Part shown: positions 23,240-36,482 of the stretch, piece by piece
Position numbering within the stretch: position 1 is the stretch's first letter
Layout: each line of letters opens with the position of its first letter
Origin: Macrostomum lignano
Lineage: Eukaryota
Direction of reading: 5' to 3'
Assembly: GCA_002269645.1 (NCBI GenBank)
Contig: NIVC01000550.1
Coordinates: forward strand, 277,172 to 341,171
Length of the DNA: 64,000 bases
Made by a program: the position numbers and the translations under genes
Notes under the pieces: model-generated
What the model saw: only the letters and a program-made list of their open reading frames with translations
The model's database searches: none
Told to the model about the DNA's origin: nothing

Positions 23240-23356
23240 TGTGTCAAGGAAGCCTCTATGTTCGCTTCGCGTGTACAAGTTTAAACTAAAAAATCCATGG
23301 AAATTCTTTTGAGTGTCGCTTCCTGGGGAGCTAAGCGAATATAGAGGCTTCCTTGA
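23240..23356. mobile_element. Small MITE with 24-bp TIRs
   Basis: tcaaggaagcctctatgttcgctt / aagcgaatatagaggcttccttga. Confidence 0.7.
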
Positions 23357-23700
23357 TCTGTGCAAAGTCGCTCTCAGTCAAGGCTTTATAGCCATACATA
23401 GCAATTTGAAACGGCCAATTCTAAGCTCGCTTGCCTCTTAGTCAGAATTCGCGTGTTGTCTATGGCCCAACCTTTTTATTAGAGTGTTTATTACAGGCAA
23501 AAAACAATTGCCTGGTGATTTTAGTTTTTAATCTCAATATGAATACGACCTCTTTGCAACGCACCAAATTGGACGCAGTGAAAACCAATTAGGAAGAAAG
23601 AAGGCACAGTAAATCTCTGTCAAGCACTCCACAAATTAGACAAACGCAAAATCCAAGCAGACTAACTAAACCTCCATATCTACAAAGCAGCGCCACCCAC

Positions 23701-23989
23701 CGTCCGCATGCAGTCGCAGGAACTGCAGCGCGTCCTTGAGAATCTTGGCCTTGTCGTTGCGCTTATTCCTGCTGCCAATGAGGACGGCCAGCTCATTCAC
23801 CAGGCCGTTAAACAGGTCCCTCCGTTTTTTCTCGTTTAGATTTCGACTGCGCCGCTTTGAGTCGCCGCCACCGCCGCTGAGCATGGCATCGCTAAGGTCG
23901 CTCTCGCCAGCCAGGGAGGCAGAGGCGGCAGAGCCGGAGGCGCTGACCGAGTGGCCGCTGCCGCCAAGGCGCAACGCGTAGTCAGACAT
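23701..23989 (-). CDS. Clock: CLOCK-like, exon 1 (bHLH)
   Basis: KRRSRNLNEKKRRDLFNGLVNELAVLIGSRNKRNDKAKILKDALQFLRLH matches the CLOCK/NPAS2 bHLH (RNKSEKKRRDQFN). Phase-1 GT donor at 23700. The four exons total 1560 nt, giving 519 aa. Confidence 0.9.
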
Positions 23990-24536
23990 GCCAGCTGCCA
24001 GTTGGAGCGGAATTCGCCAATAGATTCACAGTTTCAGCTACACGCCACTTGCTACTTAGAGTAGGTATTTCAACTGATGCACTATCATCAATAATATAGC
24101 AAAGGGTTTTCTGATTTGCTAGTCTGCAAGCACTTAGTTGGGCACTTGAGTTGTGACATTTTTAGTATATAGGATATAACAATCAAATGTATACATGCAT
24201 TTAATTTTTAGTATATTGGATGGATATTGTATGCTATTTTCACTATGATTAGAGTATAATAGTTACTAAGGATTACAAACCCTTAGACTTTAAATTAAAG
24301 TCAGATTAGTATTGACAAAACTTGCATTCTATATTTATTAAAAATAAACAATATGAAAATGTTGAAAAAGAGCATAGAAATTTGAAGAAAACAGGATTGT
24401 TAAAAATTTTGTCTATAGTAGCACCGATTGAACTTTAAAGTGCAGATAGCAAACAACGCATTAACCAAGAGTGCATAGCCAAGTTACCCAGCTTCAAATT
24501 TGGGCTAAGATTTGAAATGCTATGTATGATCACCCT

Positions 24537-24685
24537 CATACATGCACAACCTTGGAAATCACCCAGCCATTTCTATTGGCAACATACACATGTAAGTTGC
24601 TATTGGCTGAGAGCAGTCATGTCAATTTCTATTCTATTCCAATAGAAATAGCTGGGTGAATCCCTAGGTTGTACTCAAGCATGAT
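24537..24685. mobile_element. Palindromic MITE (partly deleted); same family as 37145-37315
   Basis: Shares atttctattggcaaca(t/c)acacatgtaagt and ccctaggttgt..caagcatga with the 37-kb copy. Confidence 0.75.
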
Positions 24686-26266
24686 CACCCTTGTACATAT
24701 ATATTAATATGAATAAAATCAAGCTATTCAATGTAACTTTTATAATGATCTAATTTGCTAGTGATCTAGGCCTAGAAAAGTAAAAAAAAACTTTTTTTAA
24801 TACTTCACCTGAGTCAAAGTGAGCTTGTCAAAAGTCAAAAGTTTTAGGTTTTCTTATGCTTCTGTCTCTTTCTCTTTGACAATGTCATCAATTGTCTGTG
24901 CTTCTAATCAATTAATGAAACAAAAGCTGAAGATTTGTTATTTTTATTTTTAATTTTCAAAGCAGATGTTTATTTCTAATTCACTGATATTTTCAGTTTT
25001 CAAAAAGATAATAAACACCAAATTGTTTTAGGCAATTCACAAAAATGAAAAAGGGCTACTTATCTCTACTAATATAATTTGATCTTGATATCTTTAGATG
25101 GTCTTTTCATTAGATTAGAATATTGGAGTCTAGGCTTGATTCAAAGGAATATGCTTCTTTGTTAGTTTTTAGAGTCTATGTGATATTAGATAACTCTAAA
25201 TATTCCCTGGGTTAGATGGAATTCAGATGGGAAAAAAGAGCAAAGTAGGAGTAAAAGAGCAACAAGAGTATGAGCAAAAGGGGGCAAAAAGAGGGGTAGC
25301 AAAAGGTAGTTAAGAACTAAATGAAGGCAAAAGAAGATGGGAGCTGAATTCTCATTGAATACTAGTATATATATTTTTGTAATATTTTCAAATAGTAAAT
25401 TTTTGCCAAACTCTCACTTTCCCCCAAAATTTCTATCTATAAAAAAATCAATTGTTGCAAAATAATTTCACTTAAAAATTGGTTATACTCAAAGAATATT
25501 GAGCACTCTATATAGAATGCCAACTGCTAAAGGAATGCATAGACAAAAGTGAAGCCAATTTCACTGCACAGCCAGTCACTTCCCTTTTGGCCATAGCCAA
25601 ATATTTTCCTTAAAAATCTGCTAATTGATATAACATATTAATTGATGTTTCACTAATGGACTTGTTAATAGCAAATACATATGCAACAATTCTCTCAATA
25701 ATCTATTTTGAGCTTAGTAATTTGCCATTGCTTCTGGCAATTATTCATCAGATTACCATCTCTAGCCCAAAGGCAAGTGACCAGATAAAAATATCACTCA
25801 CAAAAATCAGCTTCACTTTCTTGTCACTTGTTGGCATTCTATGTATAGTGCTCAATATTCTCTGGTTATACTTATATAGTGATTTTATAATATTAGCCCT
25901 TTAAAACAAGTTCTAAGTGCTAAAAAACTATGTTTCTATCTATAGGTAAGAGTTATAACTTTATTTTAGCTTAAAGTGTTGTAAAAAAGGCAAAAAACAA
26001 TTATTATACAATTCTAAAGTTTCTTTACAAAATAAACTTGTTATTTATTTACTAGGCCTATTTATTGCAATTTGTTATTTACTCATGATATTGACAGATA
26101 GGCTTAAGGCTTGTTCACACCATTGTCAAACAAAGCCAATTTTTGAGTGATCACACAAAATTTGAATTGATGATTAACAAATATTTGGCAATCACCTTAG
26201 TTTTTCACCATCAACTCATTTTTTACAAGTGATTAGAAGTGTTTACACTATTCAGTTTACACTATA

Positions 26267-28886
26267 CAGGTCGGAATGCTCGCCTGTTCTGCGCGTACGC
26301 GCCCCCTGCCACACGCCCTGACGAGGCTCAAGAGTTTTTCGAGCAGCTCTCAGTGCAGGTAGAGGCGACGGCGCAGCGTGACACAGCGGTCGCCCTCGGA
26401 GACCTGAACGCAGTCCTGCGTAGGTCCGAGAGGTCGCTGTTCGTGACGCCACGCGGGAACAACAACACCGAGGCACTGGAGGACTTCCTGGAGAGGCAGG
26501 ACATGGTGTCGGCCAACACCCGCTTCCGCAAGCCACTGAGCGGTCTCGCAACCTTCGTGGGCTGCAAGCGGAGGCGACGGAACGCGCGTGGCAGGAACGC
26601 AACCCGGAGACAAGCACAGCTCGACCACGTGCTCGTGCGTTTCCGTGAGCGTCGTCGCGCCGTCAACTGCCGCACCATCACGCCGCTGGCTCTGCGGTCC
26701 GATCACCGGCTCCTCATCTGCGACCTCAACCTTCGCGATCCGCTCTACCGTCCGCCGAAGCGGCCACCGCGGCGCTACTACGCGCGCTCAGAGCCACCGA
26801 TACGCAGCGTCGCTTTGCTAGCGCCTTTAACACCGCGCTGGGCGACAAGCGTGGAAGTGCGGAGTATGCGGAAGTGTGCGCTGCAGTCAGAACCGCCGCG
26901 GAGCAAGCAGTCCCGATGATGCAGCCGGCTCAACGTGGGCAGCCGGTCTGGCAGGACGACCCCGCGATTCAGGCAGCGAGGGAAGATCTGGAGAAGCTCC
27001 GCTTGAGCAGGCGACCAACCCGCGAGGCAGAGGCAGCTCTGGCAGCTGTCTACCTGCAGCGCCAACAAGCGGCTGTCGATGACGCCATTCAGGCTGTCTC
27101 TGCCGCTGGGCCCGATGCCAGAGGGCGCGTGGCCTGGTCCGCCATCAACGCTCTGACGGGACGAAAGCGGCGCAATCCGCTGAACCTGGCTGGTGACACG
27201 CCGGACGAGCGTAGGAACGAGCTGCGCGAGTTCTTCGCCGCCATCGTCAACGCGCCGCCACCCCCGCTGCCAGACAGTCTGACGCTGCCGCCGGAGACGC
27301 CGCTGCCGGCAGAGGAGAGTTTCAGCGTAGCCCCAGTCAACGCAGCCGACGTTGTCAAGCTCGCCCAGCAGTCACCGGGCGGGAAAGCGCTGGGTCCGGA
27401 CGAGGTGCCCATCGAGGCGCTGCGCATCCCCTGTGTGGCCGCTGAGGTCGCCAGAGTGATGAACCGCGTGCTCTTCGGTGAGGCGGCGCCCAACGAATGG
27501 ACCACGGCGCACATCGTCGCTGTTCCAAAGAAGCCGGGCACCACTAGGCTTGAAGACCATCGAGGCATCTGCCTTCAGTCCTGTGCAGCGAAGCTGTTCA
27601 ACCGGATGCTGCTTTCGCGGTTGCAGCCCGTGCTGGATCCGTACCTGCGCCCAGAGCAGAACGGGTTCCGGCCCCATCGCGGCACAGTGGCGCAGATCCT
27701 GGCTCTTCGCCGAGTCATCGAGGAGGCGCGGATTCGTCAGTCGATACTGATTTTAATCTTTATTGATTTCAAGAAGGCATTCGACTCGGTTGTCAGAGCC
27801 GTGCTTCCAATGGTGCTCCGCGCGTACAACGTGCCTGAGCAGCTGATCTCCGCCGTCATGGCGATGTACCGTGATACGACAGCTGCTGTGACAACACCGG
27901 ACGGCCTATCGGACTCCTTTGAGACATCCTCCGGAGTGCTTCAGGGAGATACGCTGGCGCCGTTTCTGTTCGTCCTGGTGCTTGACTGGGTGCTGCGGAC
28001 TGCTCTTCCTACCGACGACGACGGTTTTCTGCTGCAGCGACGCGTGGGTCGACGTCAACCGGAGAAGCGGCTCAGCGTGCTTGGCTACGCCGACGACCTC
28101 GCCCTGCTGTCCTCGACCGTCGAGGGCGCCCAACGGCAGCTGGACAGGCTGGTTGCCGTTGCGGCGAGTGTCGGCCTGGTGGTCAACACGCAGAAGACCG
28201 TTGTGCTCTGCGTGCCGGACGACATCGAGGCTGCAATATTTTGCCGAGGCGCTGACGGGCAGGCGACCGAACTCCCGCGATGTCAGCAGTTCGTCTACCT
28301 CGGCGGTCTGGTTCCAGACGCTCGCGAGGACCTGCGACGCCGCCGCGGGCTTGCCTGGGCTGCCTTTCGTTCTGTGAGGGCAGTCCTGCAGTCCGAGGCC
28401 CTACCGGACCGCCAGAGGGCGGCGCTGTTCCAGGCGGTAATCGAGACCGTCCTGCTGTACAACGCCGAGACCTGGACGCTGACGGACTCACTCGAACAGC
28501 AAGTCGATGCGGCGCACGCTGGTCTGCTGCGCGCCGCCTTCAACATCGGCGTCGAGCGAGTCACCAACGCGGCACTCTATCGCCGCGCTGGCCTGCCACG
28601 TCCAAGTGATCTACTGCGCCGTCGGCGACTCCAGCTCGCAGGCCATCTCATCCGCGCCGAGTCGTACTGCCCACAGCCGGTGCAGGAGGTGCTGCTGCTC
28701 ACGCTGCAGGCACCCTACCGGCGAGGTCAAGCGCGAACTCGGCGTTATGTCGACTGTCTGCTGGCTGACGCCGGCGCCCCGGACACTGCCGGTGGCGCGG
28801 CCTTTGTTTGCGCCCAAGCCATGAAGCGCGCCCTGTGACGCTGACTTTTACCATCATGACAGCGTATTTTGTTGTTGTTGTTGTTG
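26267..28886 (+). mobile_element. RTE-clade LINE, 5'-truncated (partial APE endonuclease plus complete RT)
   Basis: GDLNA and SDH endonuclease motifs; RT ORF to 28838 (GVLQGDTLAP, LGYADDL, RRRRLQLAGHLIR); one frameshift near 26780; (TTG)n tail; TSD TTACACTATA at 26257-26266 and 28887-28896. Confidence 0.95.
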
Positions 28887-29291
28887 TTACACTATAATCA
28901 ACTAACTGATACTGAGCAGAATGACTAGATAGGGTTTTGAGGAGGGTGATGCAAGTTTTCATATTAGTTACATAAGCAATACTGTGCGCACATATCTCTA
29001 GCTGAGCCTAAATCATATATATTTTAGCAGGTTTGCAAAAAATGTTTTGTGCTTTGAATTAAATACTAGTATATAGTCTATATTATATAAAGGCCAACAC
29101 ATTTATTGATATAATTGGCCCAAGCTAACAATAAAAACCTAATATATTACACTTTTTCTAGTATTTTGATGCTAAAGGTGCTAAAGGTTTAAGGTTATAT
29201 AAAATAGTATTTTCTTGCACCTTGTTTACTAGGGGTTGCAACAGCAACCAATAGGCATACTGATTTTCACACTTGCTCATTTTGCTTATGT

Positions 29292-30012
29292 CAGGGGTCA
29301 GCAAACTTTTACCACAAAGGCCAGATAGAGAACCTATAAAGCATGACTACAGTTAGGAGGAAAAATAAGATGAGGGACTAAAAAGAAAGGAGATAAGGGA
29401 AAGGAGAGGTAAAGGAATGAAGGAGCAAAGAGGAGATAAGAGAAGATGAGATATGAATTAGGTTAGAAACATACATGCGCAACCTCCAAAATTCGGTCAG
29501 CCATGCGACTTAGATTTAACAAAAATATGACGTAGTTTTTGGCCAAAAATGCGACTTACATGTAAAAAAACCCTAAAGCAAAATTAACACAACTTTGGGT
29601 AAATGGCAGGAATAACTATAACTGCCTTATTAAGCCAAAATGCCTTATCAGCTACTTAGTAATACTTCTTGGTTATTTTTTTGGGATGGCATTTTTGCGA
29701 CTTCCTTGGTTGGCTGCCAAATTGGTTGGCTGGATCGGCCAACTCGGCCGACTGTTGCGCATGTATGGTTAGAAAAGTAGAAAAGAGGAGAGAAGGGAAA
29801 ATGAAAAGAGAGGAGAGGAAAGACAAAGGAGAATAAAGAGAAAGAGAAAAGAAAAAAGGGACAAAAGAAAAGAAGAAAAAAGGAGAGAAGAGCAATGAAA
29901 AGAGAAACATAAAGGGTCAAATTACAATTGTGCAATTTCAAAGGACTGCAAAGACTAGATTAAGGCTCTGTAGGCTGCATATGGCCTGTGGGCCAGAGTT
30001 TACCAACCCTTG
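29292..30012. mobile_element. hAT-type MITE
   Basis: CAGGGGTCAGCAAACT...GGCCTGTGGGCCAGAGTTTACCAACCCTTG termini; 8-bp TSD gcttatgt/gctcatgt (1 mismatch). Confidence 0.75.
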
Positions 30013-30689
30013 GCTCATGTGATAGAAAAAAAAAATATTTAATAACCTGACTAGTGTGATGACTAATTAATTTTGAAGCAACAGTTAGACTAGACAGAAT
30101 TATTGAAATACAAAGTCAACTCCTCTATTGGAGGAGAAGGCGTTAGAACTCTCATTGCCAGAATTCCATTTCCTGAAATCTGTCAGCTGAATCTCATGAC
30201 CAGAATCCTATCTTCCAAATTGTTTCTACAAAACAGAAATCCTTTCTATGAAACAAAACTTCATCAAATTCTCTTTATGAAAATGAATTCTATTAAAATT
30301 CTCTCTGTTAAACAACATCTAACAATATATCATCTTTGCTAATCAATACTAATAAATTGAAATCAAAATCACTTGTTAGGGTTAGAGATACACAGAGCCA
30401 CTTATTAAAACAAAAGGCACCAATACTAAAAAAATTTAACCAATTGAACCAATTGATGGCATAATCTATTTCTCTTTCAGTCAGTATCAGTCTTAGTAAA
30501 AGTTAACAAAATGGTTATGCAATCTAAATTAACCCTTTAATACACAGCAACTGACCCCTTCTAATACACAGCGGCAATTAGAAGTTTAACCCCTCCCCCC
30601 ATATTTATCTATTACATCTTGCAAAAATGACTAGCAATCAGTGCCCCTTGTTGGGGAGCCAAAAAATGCAATACAAGTTTCTTTAATAA

Positions 30690-31660
30690 ACTACACATAG
30701 CATCTCTTTGCAATATACCTTAGCAGTCCCTTGTAAGCCTTGACATCTTAGCAATTCCCCCATAAGCCTTAACATATCAACTCCCCCCTTGACATCTTAG
30801 CAATGCCTTGAACTCTTAAAAAATCTCTCAACCATATAACCCTAACCCTAACGCTAAATCATTGCCATTTTGGTAATTCTTCCAAAGATTTATTATAGCA
30901 TGACAGCATTTTAGTGACTCCCAAATGAATCTTTTAACTTTGACATGACTCTTCTTTTATTTTTTACATTACACTTTTTCTATCAGTGACCTATCCTACA
31001 AGGAGCCAACAAATAAAGGAATAAAAATTGAATAAACTACATATAGCTTCTGACTTTAGCCTTGACATCTCAGTTATTCTCCCATGAGCCTTGACATCTT
31101 AGCTATTCCCCTGCGAGCTATTATTTTTTTAAAATAATGCTTATATCTTTATTACGAGTACATTATGCTTCTTCTATCAGTGCCCCCATGGCAAGCCAAC
31201 AAAGAATGTAATAAAAAATTGAACAAACTACATGTAGCTTCTGACTTTAGCCTTGACATCTTAGTTATTCTCCCTATAAGCTTTTATATCATAGTAATTC
31301 TTCCCAAGAATCATAGCACACAGTTTTATGTGACATTTTTTATATGATGCTTTGTTTATGTCTGATATGATGCTTCTTATGTGAAGGCTTTATTCTACTT
31401 TTGAATAAACTACCTGTTTAAACTAAACTACAGCTTTTCTTTGTAATAACCTCAGCAATCCCTTATGAGCCTTGACATCTTAACAATGCCCCCAATAAAC
31501 CTTGAAATCTAAATAATCCCCTGTCAACCTTAAAACATCTAACCTTAACCCTAAACCTAAACCTGACCTAAATCTAACCTTAACCCTAACCCTAAAGCCT
31601 TGACATCTTAGCAATTCTTCTCTCCTAAGCCTCGATATTTTAGTGACTCTTCCCCAAGAA
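30690..31660. repeat. Degenerate duplicated repeat with AGCCTTGACATCTTAGC motifs and (CCCTAA)-like tracts
   Basis: The motif recurs many times; telomere-like hexamers occur at about 30836-30851 and 31540-31596. Confidence 0.65.
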
Positions 31661-31859
31661 TCATGTGCAGCATTACAATGGATGCTTATTAAGTTCCTAG
31701 AAAATGTAGCCTAAAAATGCACCAATTAAATGAAACTTTACCAGCAGTTAGGGTTGGATGTTCTGTTTGCTTGTAAAATTTCAGCTTAATTGGTTGCAAT
31801 GATTTGTTGCAGTGGCCAAAGGTTGGCTAAAAAAGTGCCAATCTTGCCATAGCTGACTG

Positions 31860-32540
31860 ACTGCGACAGGCGAGTGGCAATCCTGTTACAGTTTTGGCTA
31901 GGTAGCTATGCGGCCACCTGCTTTCAGGTGCTGCATGAGGCTCTTTAGGAACAAGTGCCATCCTAGTTGATAGTATATGAGTGGTTTGCGCACTTCTACT
32001 GTGGCTTGGCCACTCTAGACAACGATCCTCGCAAGGGGCAGCCAAGTTTGGCAGTGTCTGACAGAGTCATTGCTACTATTCAATGCCATGTGGAAAAAGA
32101 TTGGCAAGTTTCAATTTGCTGGTTAGAGTAGCTCATTGGGATGTGGGATTCCACCATCATTAAGATCCTGCACCAGTACCTTGGCATAAGGAAGCTATCC
32201 ACTCACTAGGTATCCCACCAGCTCAGAGCTGACCAGATGCGAGCCAGAGTTGAGTTTGCCAAACTCATGGTGGCCAGGTTTAACAGAGGCCACTCAAAGT
32301 TGGTGGATAACATCCTCACTGGCAATGAAATCTGGGTTTACTTGTATGACCCAGAGACCAAAGAGCAGAGTTGGCAGTGGGTCACCAATGAGGAAGATGC
32401 TCCTCTCAAATTTGGTCACAAGTGCAGCATCGGAAAAGTGATAGTGGCCATTTTCTTCCAACGCAGTGGCATCCTGCTACCAGTGCTGCTACAGCAAGCC
32501 ACAAGGTGCCACAGTGATGGCAGAATGATATAGCACTGTC
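31860..32540 (+). pseudogene. Mariner transposase remnant
   Basis: NILTGNEIWVYLYDPETKEQSWQW matches mariner ITGDETW..YDPETK.QS.QW; stops and frameshifts upstream. Confidence 0.85.
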
Positions 32541-33217
32541 CGCTTGCCTTAGGTTCTGCAGGCACTTTCATAGCAGCAGCCAAAAATGCTTGACAAAGGC
32601 ATCTTCTTCTATCAGTAATAGAAAAATAGTCATTCATAGCTCAATAGCAATGTTCTAATTTTATACTAATATATATATATTTACATACCTAGTAGCGTAG
32701 GCCCTACCTTATTCTTATAATTCCTCCAAAATAAATAGGGCCTAATGACTAATGTATATCATTAAATAAACAATAAATACATATAGAATTGCTTAGCCTA
32801 AGCTGGGCTAGAACTTTTGGACTGTTGCCAATTCATAAACTCTAAGCTAAACTATTTAAAACTATAAAAGTATAGTTGTTTTATTATTTTTAGCAGGTTT
32901 TTAGTCTATTTCACTTTAGGCCCTACTTCTTTTTTCAATGATACATAAAGCAATGGCAATTAACTAGGCTACACTGAGTTGCCTTTCTGACTGTCTCCTT
33001 TTTGATCTGTCACTTTCCCCTTGCCCTTTACCTGTACTGCTATAGGCTACCCTTCCTTGGCTTATATCATATGGCTATAAGATAAAAGATAGGTCCTTTT
33101 GCTATTAGGCCTAATATTAAGCCCTAGTTTAGCACAAATTCTCACATAACCTAATCACAAAATTTTCTATTTTCTCATTTTAGACAATAAATAGTAACAC
33201 CCCTAGGGCCTATCATT

Positions 33218-34761
33218 AGGGATAGCGACATTTGCCTACGGGATGTTTGCCAGCTGACGTTTGCCTGTGGGAAGTTTGCCAGTCAACATTTGCCAGCCGA
33301 CATTTGCCTGGGGGACATTTGCCAGCCAACGTTTGCCTGCAGGACATTTGCCAGCCGACGTTTGCCTATAGGACGTTTGCCAGCCGACATTTGCTAGCCA
33401 ACAGCAAGTCGGAGTGAATGTGATACTGAAATATTCACAGTTTAGCTGTTTTGGAAAAAACAATTTTAGTCCAACTTTTTAATTGACGGCTAACTTATTT
33501 GCATGATGTGTAAATCAAAAACAAAATCTATACGCTATAAATTAATTAATATTTAGCAGTTTATCATCATCTTTGAATGTAAAAATATTATTATAAAGTT
33601 TACTTCTGCCAGATTTGTTTGGCTTTTCCCAGTTTAAGATGTTTGATTTTGCATGATTTGCGAATTCATGATTTGTGATTTAATGATTTGTGAATGAATT
33701 GACACGAAAATTTAAATGGGAATCTCCAGTGAGCCAAGTTTTAAGCAAATAAGATAACTGCTAAACGATAATTTTAAATTGAATATTTCCCAGTTCATGG
33801 GAGATCCAAAAGTAAGCAAACTAATTCCTACAAGCGCCTTGTCAAGTGCATGCTGTCATGGCCAACAACAAGCATGCACTGACATGTCTATAGCCACCTT
33901 CTCTTCCCTAGCCACACCAAAAATTAAAACCTATGCCCCATTGTATCATTTTGGAGGGGTTTTTAGGGGTATAGCTAGATTGTTGCACACTTTGAATGTC
34001 TTTGGCCGAAACCAACGTCTGAGCTATAACTATTTAATGCTATATTTAGCAGTTGTAATTTGTAACATTAAAAAAACTTAATATATACTTGTAAAAAGTT
34101 TGGTGTATGCCCCACCATTTTCAGCTGAGTGGCAAAATAATATTTTATTGATTGCAAATAAAACACCAACATTACGAGTTTCGAATAGTGTGTAATAATT
34201 TGAAAATTTGAATTCAGTGCTTGTGTTTCTATGGGCCTTTCTTCATATTGCTAGTTCTGGTTCCAGAACCAGAACCAATTTGTGAAGTATAACTTTTTGT
34301 CTCCATAACTAGAAGGAGATACGTGCTATAAAGTTGCATATAAAGTTGAATGACAATTGCCAAGAAGAAAGTGAAAAATAGTGCTAAGTGAGGTTGTTAA
34401 GGCAGTTAAACATTCAACAGAATTAAATAGGCCCTAGTTATACTATTATTTTTCTTGGAAGATCTGAACCAATTCTAATTCTGGAATTGGTAATAGGGCC
34501 ATAGGCCTATGAAAAGCCTCTATGATCCGGCCTGAAGCCTCTTCACATTACCAATTCCAGAACCAGAATCGGTTTGCATCTTCTAAAAAACAGCAGTATA
34601 GGTCTATAGGGCAGGCAAACGTCCCGCAGGCAAACATTGGCTGGCAAACGTTGGCTGGCAAACGTTAGCTGGCAAACATCGGCTGGCAAACGTCGGCTGG
34701 CAAACATCCCGCAGGCAAACATCGGCTGGCAAATGTCCAGCAGGCAAACATTGTAGACCCC
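33218..34761. mobile_element. Foldback/MULE-like element whose inverted arms are arrays of 15-bp (ACGTTTGCCAGCCG-type) units
   Basis: Arrays at about 33225-33400 and 34610-34755 are inverted relative to each other. They are flanked by the direct repeat TATCATT (CCTATCATT if two terminal C's are counted). Confidence 0.6.
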
Positions 34762-35458
34762 TATCATTCCGACATTAGTAGAGACAGAGACTTAGGCCTT
34801 TCTAGCCTTTCTAGTAAAAAACATTGTGTATTTCATCGTTATTGTAGAAACGTGTAGAATAATCATTCTAAAAAGCATAAAACATAAACATAATGCTTTC
34901 AAAGCCTAAAATATCAGCGCTGAAAATGTTAGGCCTATATAGTATATTTGACATGCGATGCATAGTAAAAAGGGTCATTAAAATTTTGGCATGCTTGGCG
35001 TGCATTAAAACAGTTGAGTAAAAATGTTGGCGTGCTTGGCGTGAATTGGTAGCTTTTCTCATTTTCGATTCCGGCCTCTGCCTCTGCCTCTGGCCTCTGC
35101 CACCTTCCTGAGCATGGGGCTTTTGGTAATTAGGAAAAAAACCGTTAAAAAATAAAACGTAACGTGATTCAATTTTAAGCGACTTAAAAAATAAACAAAA
35201 TTTCCCGCGTTTAAAGTTAACTGCTAGTTATAAGTAGTTATGATTGATAATAAAGTCTTCATTTTTACTAGGTTAATGCAGTGTACTTTTTTTAAAATAA
35301 TAAATTATCATATCAATCATGCCTTTGCGTCACCGCGTCACTGACATCTAATTGACTTTTGCCACATACTTTTAGAAAGTCGTCCTTGACTTTTAGATTA
35401 TGCTACTATAGCATAGATAGTTAATGTAACTAGTAATAAGCTAAACCATTAAACAAAG

Positions 35459-35492
35459 ATGGCACCTAAGGCTAAGGCCGATAATACGACAG
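35459..35492 (+). CDS. RPL23A: 60S ribosomal protein L23a (uL23), exon 1
   Basis: ATG GCA CCT AAG GCT AAG...ACA G|GTAAGC. MAPKAK is the typical L23a start, and the phase matches exon 2. Confidence 0.8.
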
Positions 35493-35884
35493 GTAAGCTA
35501 TCATTTCTTTTGAGTACACAGCCATAGACTAAACATTCTTCCTTCTATTTCTAGACCATCCTAGACTAGATAAAATAACTAAATGTGAGTTGTATGACTC
35601 GAGGTGTTCGAGCCAGGCCAGGGCTAGGCCTACTTATGGTCTGTCCTAATGTGGTTGGCATTATTATAATTCTACATGCTTTAGCAACATAATTTATTAA
35701 GTTTATTGGCTAGTTTTCACTTGTTTAAATTTTTTAATTATTTATAATATTTAGCACATATAATGAATTTTAGTCTTAATACAGTCAACTAGGCAGTTCC
35801 TGGACACTTCATCATCTTCACTTATAAATTAGCTGTTTCTTACATGTATTTGCTTCTTATATGTGATTTCATGCACCATATTTA

Positions 35885-36482
35885 CCACACTCAGGAAGGT
35901 GTCACATGTGTGCGGGAATATATTTCAGTGTATTTTTGGAGTGTGCGCTGTGCGTGAAGCTAAAATATGCATTTGTGCGCAGAGGTCTACATTCGTTTAT
36001 TGACAAATACATAGCTAGAGTACTAATGAGCCGTAGGCCCTAGCACAAAAAACCGAATAAAATATAATTAAAACAAAATTAAAAAAATGGATAAATTTTC
36101 GTACTTTATGTAGGCTTTATTTCAACTCAGAACTTTTGTTTTATTTTAGCTCACGCAGAAAATTATCAAAAAATAGCTTTAGCTTTACGGTAAAATACCA
36201 TTTTGAATTTTATTATTCGTTTCACTTACTAAGAAACACTTTTTCATTGATAACTTGGAAAAAACTTAATCTTTAAGCATATTTTATGCACTGCATATGC
36301 AGATTATACATTTACGTGACTCATTGTGGACTAAATTTTTCTGATCGGGTTTTGCTATGCGCTAATGTGCGCTAAAAACTTCTGCTAAGCCTTTGTTGTG
36401 CGCCCTGTGTGCCACTTCGCGCACATTTTTCGTTGATGTGCGTAGGAATTTTCCGCCATAATGTACACCTTCTTGAGTGTGG
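35885..36482. mobile_element. Complete MITE, TIR CCACACTC(A)GGAAGGTGT, 8-bp TSD CATATTTA
   Basis: TIRs at both ends; CATATTTA at 35877-35884 and 36483-36490. Confidence 0.9.

Noticed and set aside
26252-28962. Many overlapping antisense and alternate-frame ORFs (also over 17-19, 52-55 and 59-61 kb)
   Set aside because: These are shadow ORFs expected from GC-rich retroelement coding sequence.
30836-31597. Interstitial telomere or chromosome-fusion scar
   Set aside because: The tracts are short, degenerate and embedded in a duplicated dispersed repeat.
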